A DNA stretch of 64,000 bases from Lachnospiraceae bacterium (GTDB lineage Bacteria; Bacillota; Clostridia; Lachnospirales; Lachnospiraceae). This document shows, one piece after another, positions 30,303-38,421 of this stretch. The stretch is taken from the NCBI GenBank assembly GCA_017472605.1, contig JAFUPV010000012.1, forward strand, positions 470 to 64,469, written 5' to 3'. How positions within the stretch are numbered: the stretch's first letter is position 1; every line of letters begins with the position of its first letter. Under the pieces are notes generated by a model. The model worked only from the letters and a program-made list of their open reading frames with translations, was not told where the DNA came from and searched no databases. The translations under genes and the position numbers were made by a program.

Positions 30303-30692
30303 TTAACGATAACGAATCAACGTAAATACCTTCTGATTTCCGCTTGTAGCATCTGTATGTGTATTTGCCACTGAGTATACAAATCCAGTAGCAGAATAAA
30401 CAACACTTGCACTATTACTTCCACCATTACTGCCTCCACCTGCGCCAGAACCATTCTCATCATATGAGTTTGAAATAGTGGAAACAACAGAACCACTTTT
30501 TGCTGTCACTGCTGTTACAACAGGATATACGCCAGCATTTGAATTAATTGAACATGTCGCAGTAATTCCATAACTTGTCGTTGTATATGACGATCCATAT
30601 ACTGTTCCACTGTCTACTACTGCCGCATTTGCAGAAACAGCTACTCCCAATAGTGTCGCCATGGCAACCATTGCAATTTTTATTCGTTTTAT
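30303..30692 (-). CDS. Small secreted Gly/Ser-rich protein ending RYR (paralog 1); probable ATA start at 30692, otherwise ATG at 30671
   Basis: RBS GAAGGGAG 7 nt before ATA AAA CGA ATA AAA; signal peptide ending ANA; homologous to 35075-35470. Confidence 0.7.
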   Translation of the reverse strand: MKRIKIAMVAMATLLGVAVSANAAVVDSGTVYGSSYTTTSYGITATCSINSNAGVYPVVTAVTAKSGSVVSTISNSYDENGSGAGGGSNGGSNSASVVYSATGFVYSVANTHTDATSGNQKVFTLIRYR

Positions 30693-30708
30693 AATATTTC
30701 TCCCTTCA

Positions 30709-31146
30709 TTACCATGAAAAATCTACTACTCCCGTTGACCAATTCGGTGTCCAGTATCCACTAACCACATAGTCTACTAAAGTACTTCCTGTATTTCCCC
30801 GTAAAGCAACATTTCCTTCATGCATCTCACTATAGTACACTAGCTGACACAGATATGGAACTTCTTCTCCTGGTACGATATAATTATATGTTATCTGAGT
30901 CCCATCGGAAGCTACAACCAGCATATTTGTCGGACGGTTTAAAACTGATTGATATGTAATCTTTGCCTGAGCGCAAGAGTACTCAGGATATTTATAAACA
31001 TAGGTACTCATTCCGGCCTGATCTACACTTTTCAACTGAAATCCATAGCCATTCTTTTCATAAATTACATCAGCTGCAAAAACTGTACATGTACCCACTA
31101 AGCATAATACAATCAGTATCATGGATATATACTTTTTCATTAGCAA
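30709..31146 (-). CDS. Small secreted hypothetical protein
   Basis: MKKYISMILIVLCL...VFA signal peptide; C-terminal LRGNTG...VSGYWTPN; RBS GGAGG. Confidence 0.7.
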   Translation of the reverse strand: MLMKKYISMILIVLCLVGTCTVFAADVIYEKNGYGFQLKSVDQAGMSTYVYKYPEYSCAQAKITYQSVLNRPTNMLVVASDGTQITYNYIVPGEEVPYLCQLVYYSEMHEGNVALRGNTGSTLVDYVVSGYWTPNWSTGVVDFSW

Positions 31147-31258
31147 TTACCTCCGTTCGTTTTTATTTATATACCTGCCCAACGATTTTTGACACGCTGT
31201 TATCCCCCCCTTTCTGTGTCAGGCCCGCTTCAACAGGAAACATTTCGAAACCAGTCTT

Positions 31259-31903
31259 TTATTCAAGCATCTCTACAATCTTTCCCTTATCCATTCTGTA
31301 CACAACATCACACAGCAAATCAATATCTTCTTTCGTATGACTGGCAATTATTATCAGTTTCCCTTCTTCTTTCAGACGCAGCAGCAACTGACGGATTTCT
31401 TCAACCCCTTCATTATCCAGTCCGTTCATCGGTTCATCCAGTAATAGAATCTGCGGGTCTTCCATGATCGCCTGTGCGATTCCAAGTCTCTGACGCATTC
31501 CAAGAGAATACGCGCCCACCCTCTTTTTACTGAATGGATCCAGTCCAACAAGCCGGATTGTTTCACGTATCTTCTGATCTGAAATCTTCCCATTAATCAT
31601 CCCAAGCATTTTCAGATTCCGGAATCCCGAATACTCCGGTAAAAAGCCAGGGTTCTCAATGATCAAGCCAACATTCTCCGGTACATCCTGCCCCTCTTTT
31701 AGCACTTTTCCATTGATTGCAATTTCACCTGATGTTGGACGGACAAATCCACAGATATGCTTCATTAATAACGATTTCCCACAACCGTTTCTTCCTACCA
31801 GACCATAAATTTTTCCAGCTTCCATCACTATGTTAATGTCCTTTAATACAATCGCTTCTCCAAACTGCTTATTCAGATTTCTGATTTCAATTTTTCCCGA
31901 CAT
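31259..31903 (-). CDS. ABC transporter ATP-binding protein
   Basis: GRNGCGKS, YSLGMRQR, LDEPMNGLD. Confidence 0.95.
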   Translation of the reverse strand: MSGKIEIRNLNKQFGEAIVLKDINIVMEAGKIYGLVGRNGCGKSLLMKHICGFVRPTSGEIAINGKVLKEGQDVPENVGLIIENPGFLPEYSGFRNLKMLGMINGKISDQKIRETIRLVGLDPFSKKRVGAYSLGMRQRLGIAQAIMEDPQILLLDEPMNGLDNEGVEEIRQLLLRLKEEGKLIIIASHTKEDIDLLCDVVYRMDKGKIVEMLE

Positions 31904-31915
31904 GGACCGTCCCCC

Positions 31916-32794
31916 CTACTGTTCAGAAAATAAATCCATACGCTTCACTTTTCGCCCAATAATTCCTCCCAGAATCAGCATCATGGCAGTACCAGTTATC
32001 ACTACATATGAGCCAGTTAATAAACCGCGTCCGGACAAATACTGCAGATTTTCCATACTGGTCCAGCTGACAGGTGAAAAAATCATATACCAGTTCGTCT
32101 TTTCTGATGTCAGATTATACAGAACCGGATCAATTAAAACCAGAAAAACTGCAGCTGCAATACCAATCCATCTTTTTTTTGAGTACAGATTAATCGCATA
32201 GATCAGAAATCCCAAGATAATCAATATCATCCATGCACTGCCATAGCTGTACAGCACAGCAATCCAATAATTGACCTGATTAACAACATGAACCGGACAC
32301 TGTATTCCGTTCAGGGCTTCAAAGCGATTAATACTGCCTCCTGCAATTGCCCCAATCAGACTTCCCCATCCATGGGTTAAAGAAATTGTTGGTGCAAGAT
32401 AAATACACGTAACAGTCGTAGTCCACAATAAATAAATCAAAGAAGCAAGAATAATGTAGAGACATTCCCCTTTATACCAGTTTTTTCTTCCTGACCGAAT
32501 TACCAGATATGGTTTTTGTTTATCAATAAACGGTGCATTGGAAAGCAGTGCGATTCCGCCAAAAAACAGGATTACTTTGGGCAGTCCATTGCTGTTCATG
32601 GCATCCCCCATCAGTAATGGAAAGATTGTAATTGGCGTAGTAAGTTCATTCTCCAAAGCAAATTTGGATACCGGTAATGTATATCTTCCAAGAACTACCG
32701 CAATCACTGTCAAAATTGTCCAGATTCGGTAATTTCTCTTCCACTCATTCAATCCTTCCGTTGCTACCATCCAGATTTTTTTACAGATTCCCAT
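31916..32794 (-). CDS. Probable ABC exporter permease
   Basis: About 6 transmembrane segments; YLVIRSGRKNW; adjacent to the ATPase gene. Confidence 0.7.
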   Translation of the reverse strand: MGICKKIWMVATEGLNEWKRNYRIWTILTVIAVVLGRYTLPVSKFALENELTTPITIFPLLMGDAMNSNGLPKVILFFGGIALLSNAPFIDKQKPYLVIRSGRKNWYKGECLYIILASLIYLLWTTTVTCIYLAPTISLTHGWGSLIGAIAGGSINRFEALNGIQCPVHVVNQVNYWIAVLYSYGSAWMILIILGFLIYAINLYSKKRWIGIAAAVFLVLIDPVLYNLTSEKTNWYMIFSPVSWTSMENLQYLSGRGLLTGSYVVITGTAMMLILGGIIGRKVKRMDLFSEQ

Positions 32795-33590
32795 TCTTCT
32801 TTCTCCTGTTCATCGCCCACAGACATCCGGCTGCAGTTACCATTTGCGCTGCAATCAATATTCCATTACTATATATGAAATTGGGCCAGAAATCATTTGT
32901 CCCCAATACAATCCAGCAGGAGCTGATCGACCAGAAATCCAGAGACATCGGTAAGATACCGGTAAATGCATATAGGATATAGAACAATATATATGGAATT
33001 GCAATTGCTACATAGCGGCTTGGTGCAAAAATTGAAACAAAGATACCAATATTACTGAGAAACACAATTGCCAAACCAAATTGAAATCCAGTCAGCACAC
33101 CATAGAGCCATGGAAACGGTCCCTTTTCAATGACAGAATAAAAACCAGTCCAGCTCCCATTCCACCCTGCTCCCCCTCTTAGCGGGAAATATGGTGAAAT
33201 AATTGCCAAAAACAGCAGAAATCCGCTAATCGTAACGAAAAGAATCGCGATTGCGTTTGCTATCAGTTTTGAAACTACATAGGATTCAACAGATACTCCA
33301 CGTCCAAGAATCTGCTTTTGAAACGAATACTGTAAATCATCGCTGATACCAAACGTATAGATACCAGACAACATAACTACCATAACTGCTTTAAACCGAT
33401 CAAAATACAGCACCTCCATCAATTTTGATGGTCCGCTTACATAGGGATCAAGATTATATTTCATGCATGCAAGAATACTATCATGAATGCATCCACACAT
33501 CAGAATGGGAACCAGCACCAGAATCAACCAAATCCTTTTTGCCGCGAAACAGCGGTAAAGATCCATCTTAATCATTCCCCAACATTTCAA
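32781..33590 (-). CDS. Probable ABC exporter permease
   Basis: About 6 transmembrane segments; ILGRGVSVESYVVSK; overlaps the next permease gene. Confidence 0.7.
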   Translation of the reverse strand: MKCWGMIKMDLYRCFAAKRIWLILVLVPILMCGCIHDSILACMKYNLDPYVSGPSKLMEVLYFDRFKAVMVVMLSGIYTFGISDDLQYSFQKQILGRGVSVESYVVSKLIANAIAILFVTISGFLLFLAIISPYFPLRGGAGWNGSWTGFYSVIEKGPFPWLYGVLTGFQFGLAIVFLSNIGIFVSIFAPSRYVAIAIPYILFYILYAFTGILPMSLDFWSISSCWIVLGTNDFWPNFIYSNGILIAAQMVTAAGCLWAMNRRKKNGNL

Positions 33591-33629
33591 CCGCGCTCTC
33601 CTCCCTATCTGTTCATTTCCCTTTATCGA

Positions 33630-34733
33630 TCAGTACATACGAAACGTATTGATATCTCCGCTTATCGCATCCAAAAGCATATATCCATCTGCTTCCGCCT
33701 CTCCCCGCAGCCGGTTCGGAAACTCACCGGCATACAGATCAATTGTCGACTCCTTATCTGTAAAACTGAGTTTCCAACAGGGAAGTAATTGTGATGTACC
33801 TTCGATCATATTCTGCTGCTTCGTATTTTCTGTATAAACAAGTTCTATCTCTGTGATTTTCATTTGATCCGGTACCAGCTGATAGATCTCAAATGCCAGT
33901 TCTTTCCACTTTTCTTCCGCTTCTTCACTGGATATCAAGTCCACCATTTCCTCTGAAATAACCTGATATCTCACTGGCGCTTCCAACGAAATCAGTCCTC
34001 TTGCTGGTGAATAAATTATCGAAAGAATTCCATCTTCGATCAAAGAACGATATGCCAGACCTTCAATTTCTTCATATTCATAGAGAAATAGAAATGCAAA
34101 ATCTTCCTGATCCCATTCTCCCGCCGCACTGTCCGTCATATCTTTTCCAGGAGCAGGTGTTCCAAAATACATCCAGGATGCAGATCCAAATTCATCATCA
34201 ATCAAATACGTTCTTACATTTCCGTACGGAAATTCCAATTCCTCCGCAATCTGATCACATACTTCTCTACATTCCTCATATGATTCATATTCTTTCGCAC
34301 TCTCCGGCATCGCCATTTCCAGGAAATCAGGCTGATATTTGCGATACACATTAAGAGGAGTCATTGCCATATGATATGGGTCTGCCAATTCTGTGTTAAT
34401 AACAGAAAACGAACTGCAATCACCATATACCGACAATTTTAAATCTCCGCTGCTATACCAGGCAGACATTTCGTCCATGTCTTCTGCATATTCTTCACCA
34501 AGGAACAGTTGAACAATCTGTTCCAGATCATAACAGGAAAACGACACGTTTAGTAAACGATACTCCGTCAATTGTGTCGTATCAATCTCTTCTTCTGTTT
34601 CATCCACTTCCGATTCTTTTTCGTAGTCGATCACATCCCCGGTCTCTTCAGACACATTTATTTCGTTTGAATATGTATTTTTTGCGTTAACTGCTGCAAC
34701 AATCATCATAAGAAAATATACGATCTTCCTCAT
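33630..34733 (-). CDS. Acidic secreted hypothetical protein
   Basis: Start MRKIVYF with RBS GGAGG; N-terminal hydrophobic segment; C-terminal IELVY...LLPCWKL...LDAISG. Confidence 0.65.
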   Translation of the reverse strand: MRKIVYFLMMIVAAVNAKNTYSNEINVSEETGDVIDYEKESEVDETEEEIDTTQLTEYRLLNVSFSCYDLEQIVQLFLGEEYAEDMDEMSAWYSSGDLKLSVYGDCSSFSVINTELADPYHMAMTPLNVYRKYQPDFLEMAMPESAKEYESYEECREVCDQIAEELEFPYGNVRTYLIDDEFGSASWMYFGTPAPGKDMTDSAAGEWDQEDFAFLFLYEYEEIEGLAYRSLIEDGILSIIYSPARGLISLEAPVRYQVISEEMVDLISSEEAEEKWKELAFEIYQLVPDQMKITEIELVYTENTKQQNMIEGTSQLLPCWKLSFTDKESTIDLYAGEFPNRLRGEAEADGYMLLDAISGDINTFRMY

Positions 34734-34749
34734 TCTGTTCCTCCGATTC

Positions 34750-35023
34750 TTATTCATTATCAAGTTGCCTGTTCATCTCTTCCAATACACGGTTCAGTCC
34801 TGCTCCCAGCAGCTTTTCATGCAATTCATTCAATTTACTTTCCGTCTCTTCGGCATAAATTCCCCAAAACACCGGTGAATATTCCTCATACTATATATGG
34901 GGATGCGTTTTGCTCCCTTGGATCATTCGTTTCTTCCATAAACTCTCCTGCATCTGCAGTACTCCCACTAATACTCCATACACATCCGCCCAGTAATCCC
35001 AACAATAAAAGTCGCTTTCCCAT
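34750..35023 (-). pseudogene. Internally deleted paralog of the 28510-30150 SBP-like gene
   Basis: RBS plus MGKRLLL...NASPYIV* (compare EASPNIV) joined out of frame to YEEYSPVFWGIYAEETESKLNELHEKLLGAGLNRVLEEMNRQLDNE* (compare YDSYAPVFWGMYGAETEVLLEELHEKLLEAGLEAVLEEMNRQLAE). Confidence 0.85.
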
Positions 35024-35074
35024 AGTTTCTATCCTTTTCCTTCCCTATCGTCAAGAATATTTCTCTTCTTTCAC

Positions 35075-35470
35075 CTAACGATACCTGGCTAATGTATAGG
35101 ATTTCTGCAAATTATTTGTTGCATTGCTGTGTACATTTTTCACCATATATGCACTAGTGCTGGGAACGTAAGATATATTGATACTATTATTTCCTCCACC
35201 ACTGTTTCCACCAATTCCTGATCCAGCTTCATTATAGGCTGTTGATACAGCATATACCACGCAACCACTCTTACTGGTAGTTACTGTTATCGGTGCATTT
35301 AATGGATATGTCAATCCATCACCAAACGCACAATATGCGGTAATACCATATCCGGTCGTTGTATATTGCAATCCATAAAATGTTCCACTATCAACGGTTT
35401 CTGCACTTACCGAACACAGATTTCCAAGTAAAAGTATTATTGCCAGTAATAATGTCATTTTCTTCTTCAT
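35075..35470 (-). CDS. Small secreted Gly/Ser-rich protein ending RYR (paralog 2)
   Basis: MKKKMTLLL...VSA signal peptide; about 45% identical by eye to 30303-30692. Confidence 0.8.
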   Translation of the reverse strand: MKKKMTLLLAIILLLGNLCSVSAETVDSGTFYGLQYTTTGYGITAYCAFGDGLTYPLNAPITVTTSKSGCVVYAVSTAYNEAGSGIGGNSGGGNNSINISYVPSTSAYMVKNVHSNATNNLQKSYTLARYR

Positions 35471-35587
35471 AAAACCTTCTTTCTATCTCAGCAAGTATCC
35501 AGTTAGTCTCACCTTTTCCTATTTCTCCCGCCTAACAATCACATCACTTTCCTAAAATAGTATCCGTACTTAAATCACTCTATCGTT

Positions 35588-35655
35588 ATTATATTGCAAA
35601 TATTCTTTTTTTGTCAATAATTCTTTTTGACTTTTTCACAATCTTCTGATATAGT
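35588..35655. promoter_or_regulatory. Back-to-back sigma-A promoters
   Basis: Minus strand TTGACA(35617-35612)-18bp-TATAAT(35593-35588); plus strand TTGACT(35627-35632)-17bp-TATAGT(35650-35655). Confidence 0.7.
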
Positions 35656-35711
35656 AATATCGTATTACATGTATAATTTTTTTACAAAATCAATGAAAGG
35701 ACTGTTATTCC

Positions 35712-36107
35712 ATGGCAATCCACCTACAACAAAAAGAACTGGACATTCTATCCCTTCTGGTTCATGCATCAAAACCAATGGCAATTTCTGAAATTGTTGC
35801 CACCGATCCTTCTTACACAACGAACATCGTTCAGCCAATCATCCGAAAGTTCTGTGAGATGAATCTGGTCGAGGTTGCAGATATCGTCTACAACAAAAAG
35901 GCGCTTACGCGAACCTTCCGTCCAACTGCCTCAGCAAATGCGATTCTTGAAGAACTCTTTCTGAAAGAATATCGTTCCTTCCGTCAGCTCTTTTCTGACA
36001 ATACACTGCTGGCTTCCATGGTTCAATCTGAACTGGACTCCACACAGGATGCAGCAGAAATTCAAAGATTAGAACAGATTTTGGAAACGTTCAAGAAAAA
36101 TCTATAA
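35712..36107 (+). CDS. BlaI/MecI/CopY family repressor
   Basis: KELDILSLLV...PMAISEI...TTNIVQPIIRK winged helix; 131 aa; directly upstream of an M56 peptidase gene. Confidence 0.8.
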   Translation: MAIHLQQKELDILSLLVHASKPMAISEIVATDPSYTTNIVQPIIRKFCEMNLVEVADIVYNKKALTRTFRPTASANAILEELFLKEYRSFRQLFSDNTLLASMVQSELDSTQDAAEIQRLEQILETFKKNL

Positions 36108-36128
36108 GTAAGAACGGAGGAATGTTCA

Positions 36129-37289
36129 TTGAGTTACTCGTTTGAAACAGTCGTAATGGCTGTTTTGTTTTCCAATGTTCTGTTTTTCATTACATATTTA
36201 TTATTTCGGAGTAAAAAGATGCTGCTTCTTGTCGGCTACCGCACCCTGGCAGTTACAACAATTCTTTCCCTGATTCGTTTGCTGTTCCCGATAGAGCTTC
36301 CTTTTACCACAACCATTCTGTATTCCTGCCCGCCTTCAAAAGCGGTTGTTTTTCTTCAGCACAGATGGAACCTGTTTTCCTTCCTTCACGTTTCCATCTT
36401 CGATTTACTCCTCATTGTCTGGGTGATTGGAATCATTCGCGGTTCTTCTGTTTATTTCATGCAATACAGAAAAATCAGCGCATTCATTTTATTACATGGT
36501 AAAGAAGGAGCAAATCAGGAACGATATTCGGCAATCCTGAATTCTGTATGTACTTCTCTGGCTGCGAAAAACAGATTCCAGGTAATGGAAATTGCCGGAC
36601 TTTCAACCCCGATGATTTTTTCCGTTTTCAAACCAACCATTTTGCTGCCTGCGAATCATACCTACACGGATCAGGAACTTTTTTTCATTTTTCAACATGA
36701 AATTTCCCATTCCGTTCACGGTGACCTGCTCGTCAAATTCTTTTTACAGATATTAACCATTGTTTACTGGTGGAATCCACTGTCTGCTTCCATAAAAGCA
36801 CATATGAACCGGATTCTTGAATTGAATATTGACGCAGTTGTTACACACAACGACCGGCAGGCAATTGCAGACTACCTTTCCTGCTTATTGGCGATCAAAA
36901 AGCAGGCTGTCAATTCCAAACCTACTCCATTTCTTTCTTCAATTGGACTCTCCATCGCAGAAATAGAAGGAAGTGAGCTGGAGACCCGGTTTCAGGTACT
37001 GGCGAATCAAACTCCACAGCGGAAATCCGTTTCCTCTGGTATTATCGGTGTCAGCATCCTGTTTTTTCTTATCTCCTATCTGTTCATATGGGAACCCTCT
37101 CAGCCGCCCTCATTGTTTGAGCCGGAATCTTCCTATTTCCAAATGACAGAAGAAAATTCCTATGTAATTCAAAATCCCAACGGAACCTATGACTTTTACT
37201 GGAATGGGCAACTGATTGAAACCGTCGATTCCTTACAGTATTATGATGAATCCATACCAATTTATCAAAGCAAGGAGGATGTCCCATGA
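36129..37289 (+). CDS. M56 family (BlaR1-like) membrane metallopeptidase without a penicillin-binding domain
   Basis: TTG start with RBS GGAGG; RLLFPIELP, KPTILLP, HEISH (HExxH) then HGDLLVK, VYWWNPL; short C-terminal extracellular tail. Confidence 0.88.
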   Translation: MSYSFETVVMAVLFSNVLFFITYLLFRSKKMLLLVGYRTLAVTTILSLIRLLFPIELPFTTTILYSCPPSKAVVFLQHRWNLFSFLHVSIFDLLLIVWVIGIIRGSSVYFMQYRKISAFILLHGKEGANQERYSAILNSVCTSLAAKNRFQVMEIAGLSTPMIFSVFKPTILLPANHTYTDQELFFIFQHEISHSVHGDLLVKFFLQILTIVYWWNPLSASIKAHMNRILELNIDAVVTHNDRQAIADYLSCLLAIKKQAVNSKPTPFLSSIGLSIAEIEGSELETRFQVLANQTPQRKSVSSGIIGVSILFFLISYLFIWEPSQPPSLFEPESSYFQMTEENSYVIQNPNGTYDFYWNGQLIETVDSLQYYDESIPIYQSKEDVP

Positions 37290-37555
37290 CACGCAAACAA
37301 CTTTTTCGCCTCACACTCTCTGCACTCTGCTGCAGCATGTTTCTTTCCCTTCCGGCAACTGCCTCACCCATTTCCGACTATCAGGAAAGCGCTTATGCTA
37401 CTGCATGCACTGCCGTTGATACCTCCGCAGTTCCATATGCCGATGGACTCCAATGGTATTACAAAATTGAAAATGGAAAAATGTATAAGCGATTATATAA
37501 CACGTCCACTGGAAATTGGGTTGGGGACTGGATTTATGTAACGGATGTCGAGTAG
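37286..37555 (+). CDS. Small secreted protein (89 aa) coupled to the M56 gene
   Basis: ATGA overlap with the M56 stop; RBS AAGGAGG; signal peptide ending ATA; C-terminal WYYKIENGKMYKRLYNTSTGNWVGDW. Confidence 0.8.
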   Translation: MTRKQLFRLTLSALCCSMFLSLPATASPISDYQESAYATACTAVDTSAVPYADGLQWYYKIENGKMYKRLYNTSTGNWVGDWIYVTDVE

Positions 37556-37657
37556 CAGACTGCATGGAACAGAAACACAAGAACAGATCCTTTATCATAT
37601 CAGCAGAGCGAAACAATATGTGAAAATGGACACGAATCAAACGGAAATGACCACAAT

Positions 37658-37704
37658 AAAAGAGAGACTTGTATCCGTGTGAACGGAATTGCAAGTCTCT
37701 CTTT
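37658..37704. terminator. Probable bidirectional terminator between convergent genes
   Basis: AAAGAGAGACTTG ... CAAGTCTCTCTTT inverted repeat. Confidence 0.65.
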
Positions 37705-37822
37705 CCTATCCTTCTGATGTATTCTTTCTATTTTACAGCAGTCCATGCTGCAGGCAGTCAAACGGACGATTCGCCCATCTGACTGCTGTGCAGACTCCAA
37801 GAAAACAAATAACTTTACACGG

Positions 37823-38362
37823 CTACCTGGATTCCCTGTTTACCTCAATCTTTATGTTCTCTGCAAGGAATTCGATTTGTGATTGGGCAGTTTGCTCGAC
37901 TTCAATCTGAAATACAACGAAAATCGGCTTTTCATAGTCATTCATACCTACCCACAAACAAGAATCCGATGTTACCTGTGCCGGATATATATAATCCTTT
38001 CCATATTGGTATGTTCCATCCGACTGCTGGATATAAGTCTGAACATTGAAAGCTGTCAGAAGATAGTCTGTTGGATACTTTGCCGTAATCCTACAGGTTT
38101 CATCCGGCATTACAATCATTGATGCCGTAACACACAACATACTCTTCGATTGAAACTGATAGCAAATAATCGGATTCTCATTCATTTCTTTAATTCCGTT
38201 CTTATATGAATTGCTAACTTCTTCACTCAATTGTACGGTACACCCTGACAGAAATACAAATAGCACAAATAGCCATCGTTTCACAGACTTCAATTCAATA
38301 AATACCACCCTTTCATGCCTTCGAAATATATCTACAAAATTATATTTTCCGGAATTCCACAA
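37823..38362 (-). CDS. Hypothetical lipoprotein (true start possibly GTG at 38284)
   Basis: VKRWLFVLFVFLSGC lipobox. Confidence 0.6.
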   Translation of the reverse strand: MWNSGKYNFVDIFRRHERVVFIELKSVKRWLFVLFVFLSGCTVQLSEEVSNSYKNGIKEMNENPIICYQFQSKSMLCVTASMIVMPDETCRITAKYPTDYLLTAFNVQTYIQQSDGTYQYGKDYIYPAQVTSDSCLWVGMNDYEKPIFVVFQIEVEQTAQSQIEFLAENIKIEVNRESR

Positions 38363-38421
38363 AGATTCATGGCCTTACTCTAAATAAATAGCAAATATCA
38401 TTCCGAATCACCCATATTACA

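Noticed and set aside
34875-35078. 67-aa plus-strand ORF
   Set aside because: It is antisense to the pseudogene remnant, which has homology support
35712-37289. Beta-lactam resistance regulator (true blaI/blaR1)
   Set aside because: There is no penicillin-binding domain and no beta-lactamase nearby, so gene symbols were not assigned
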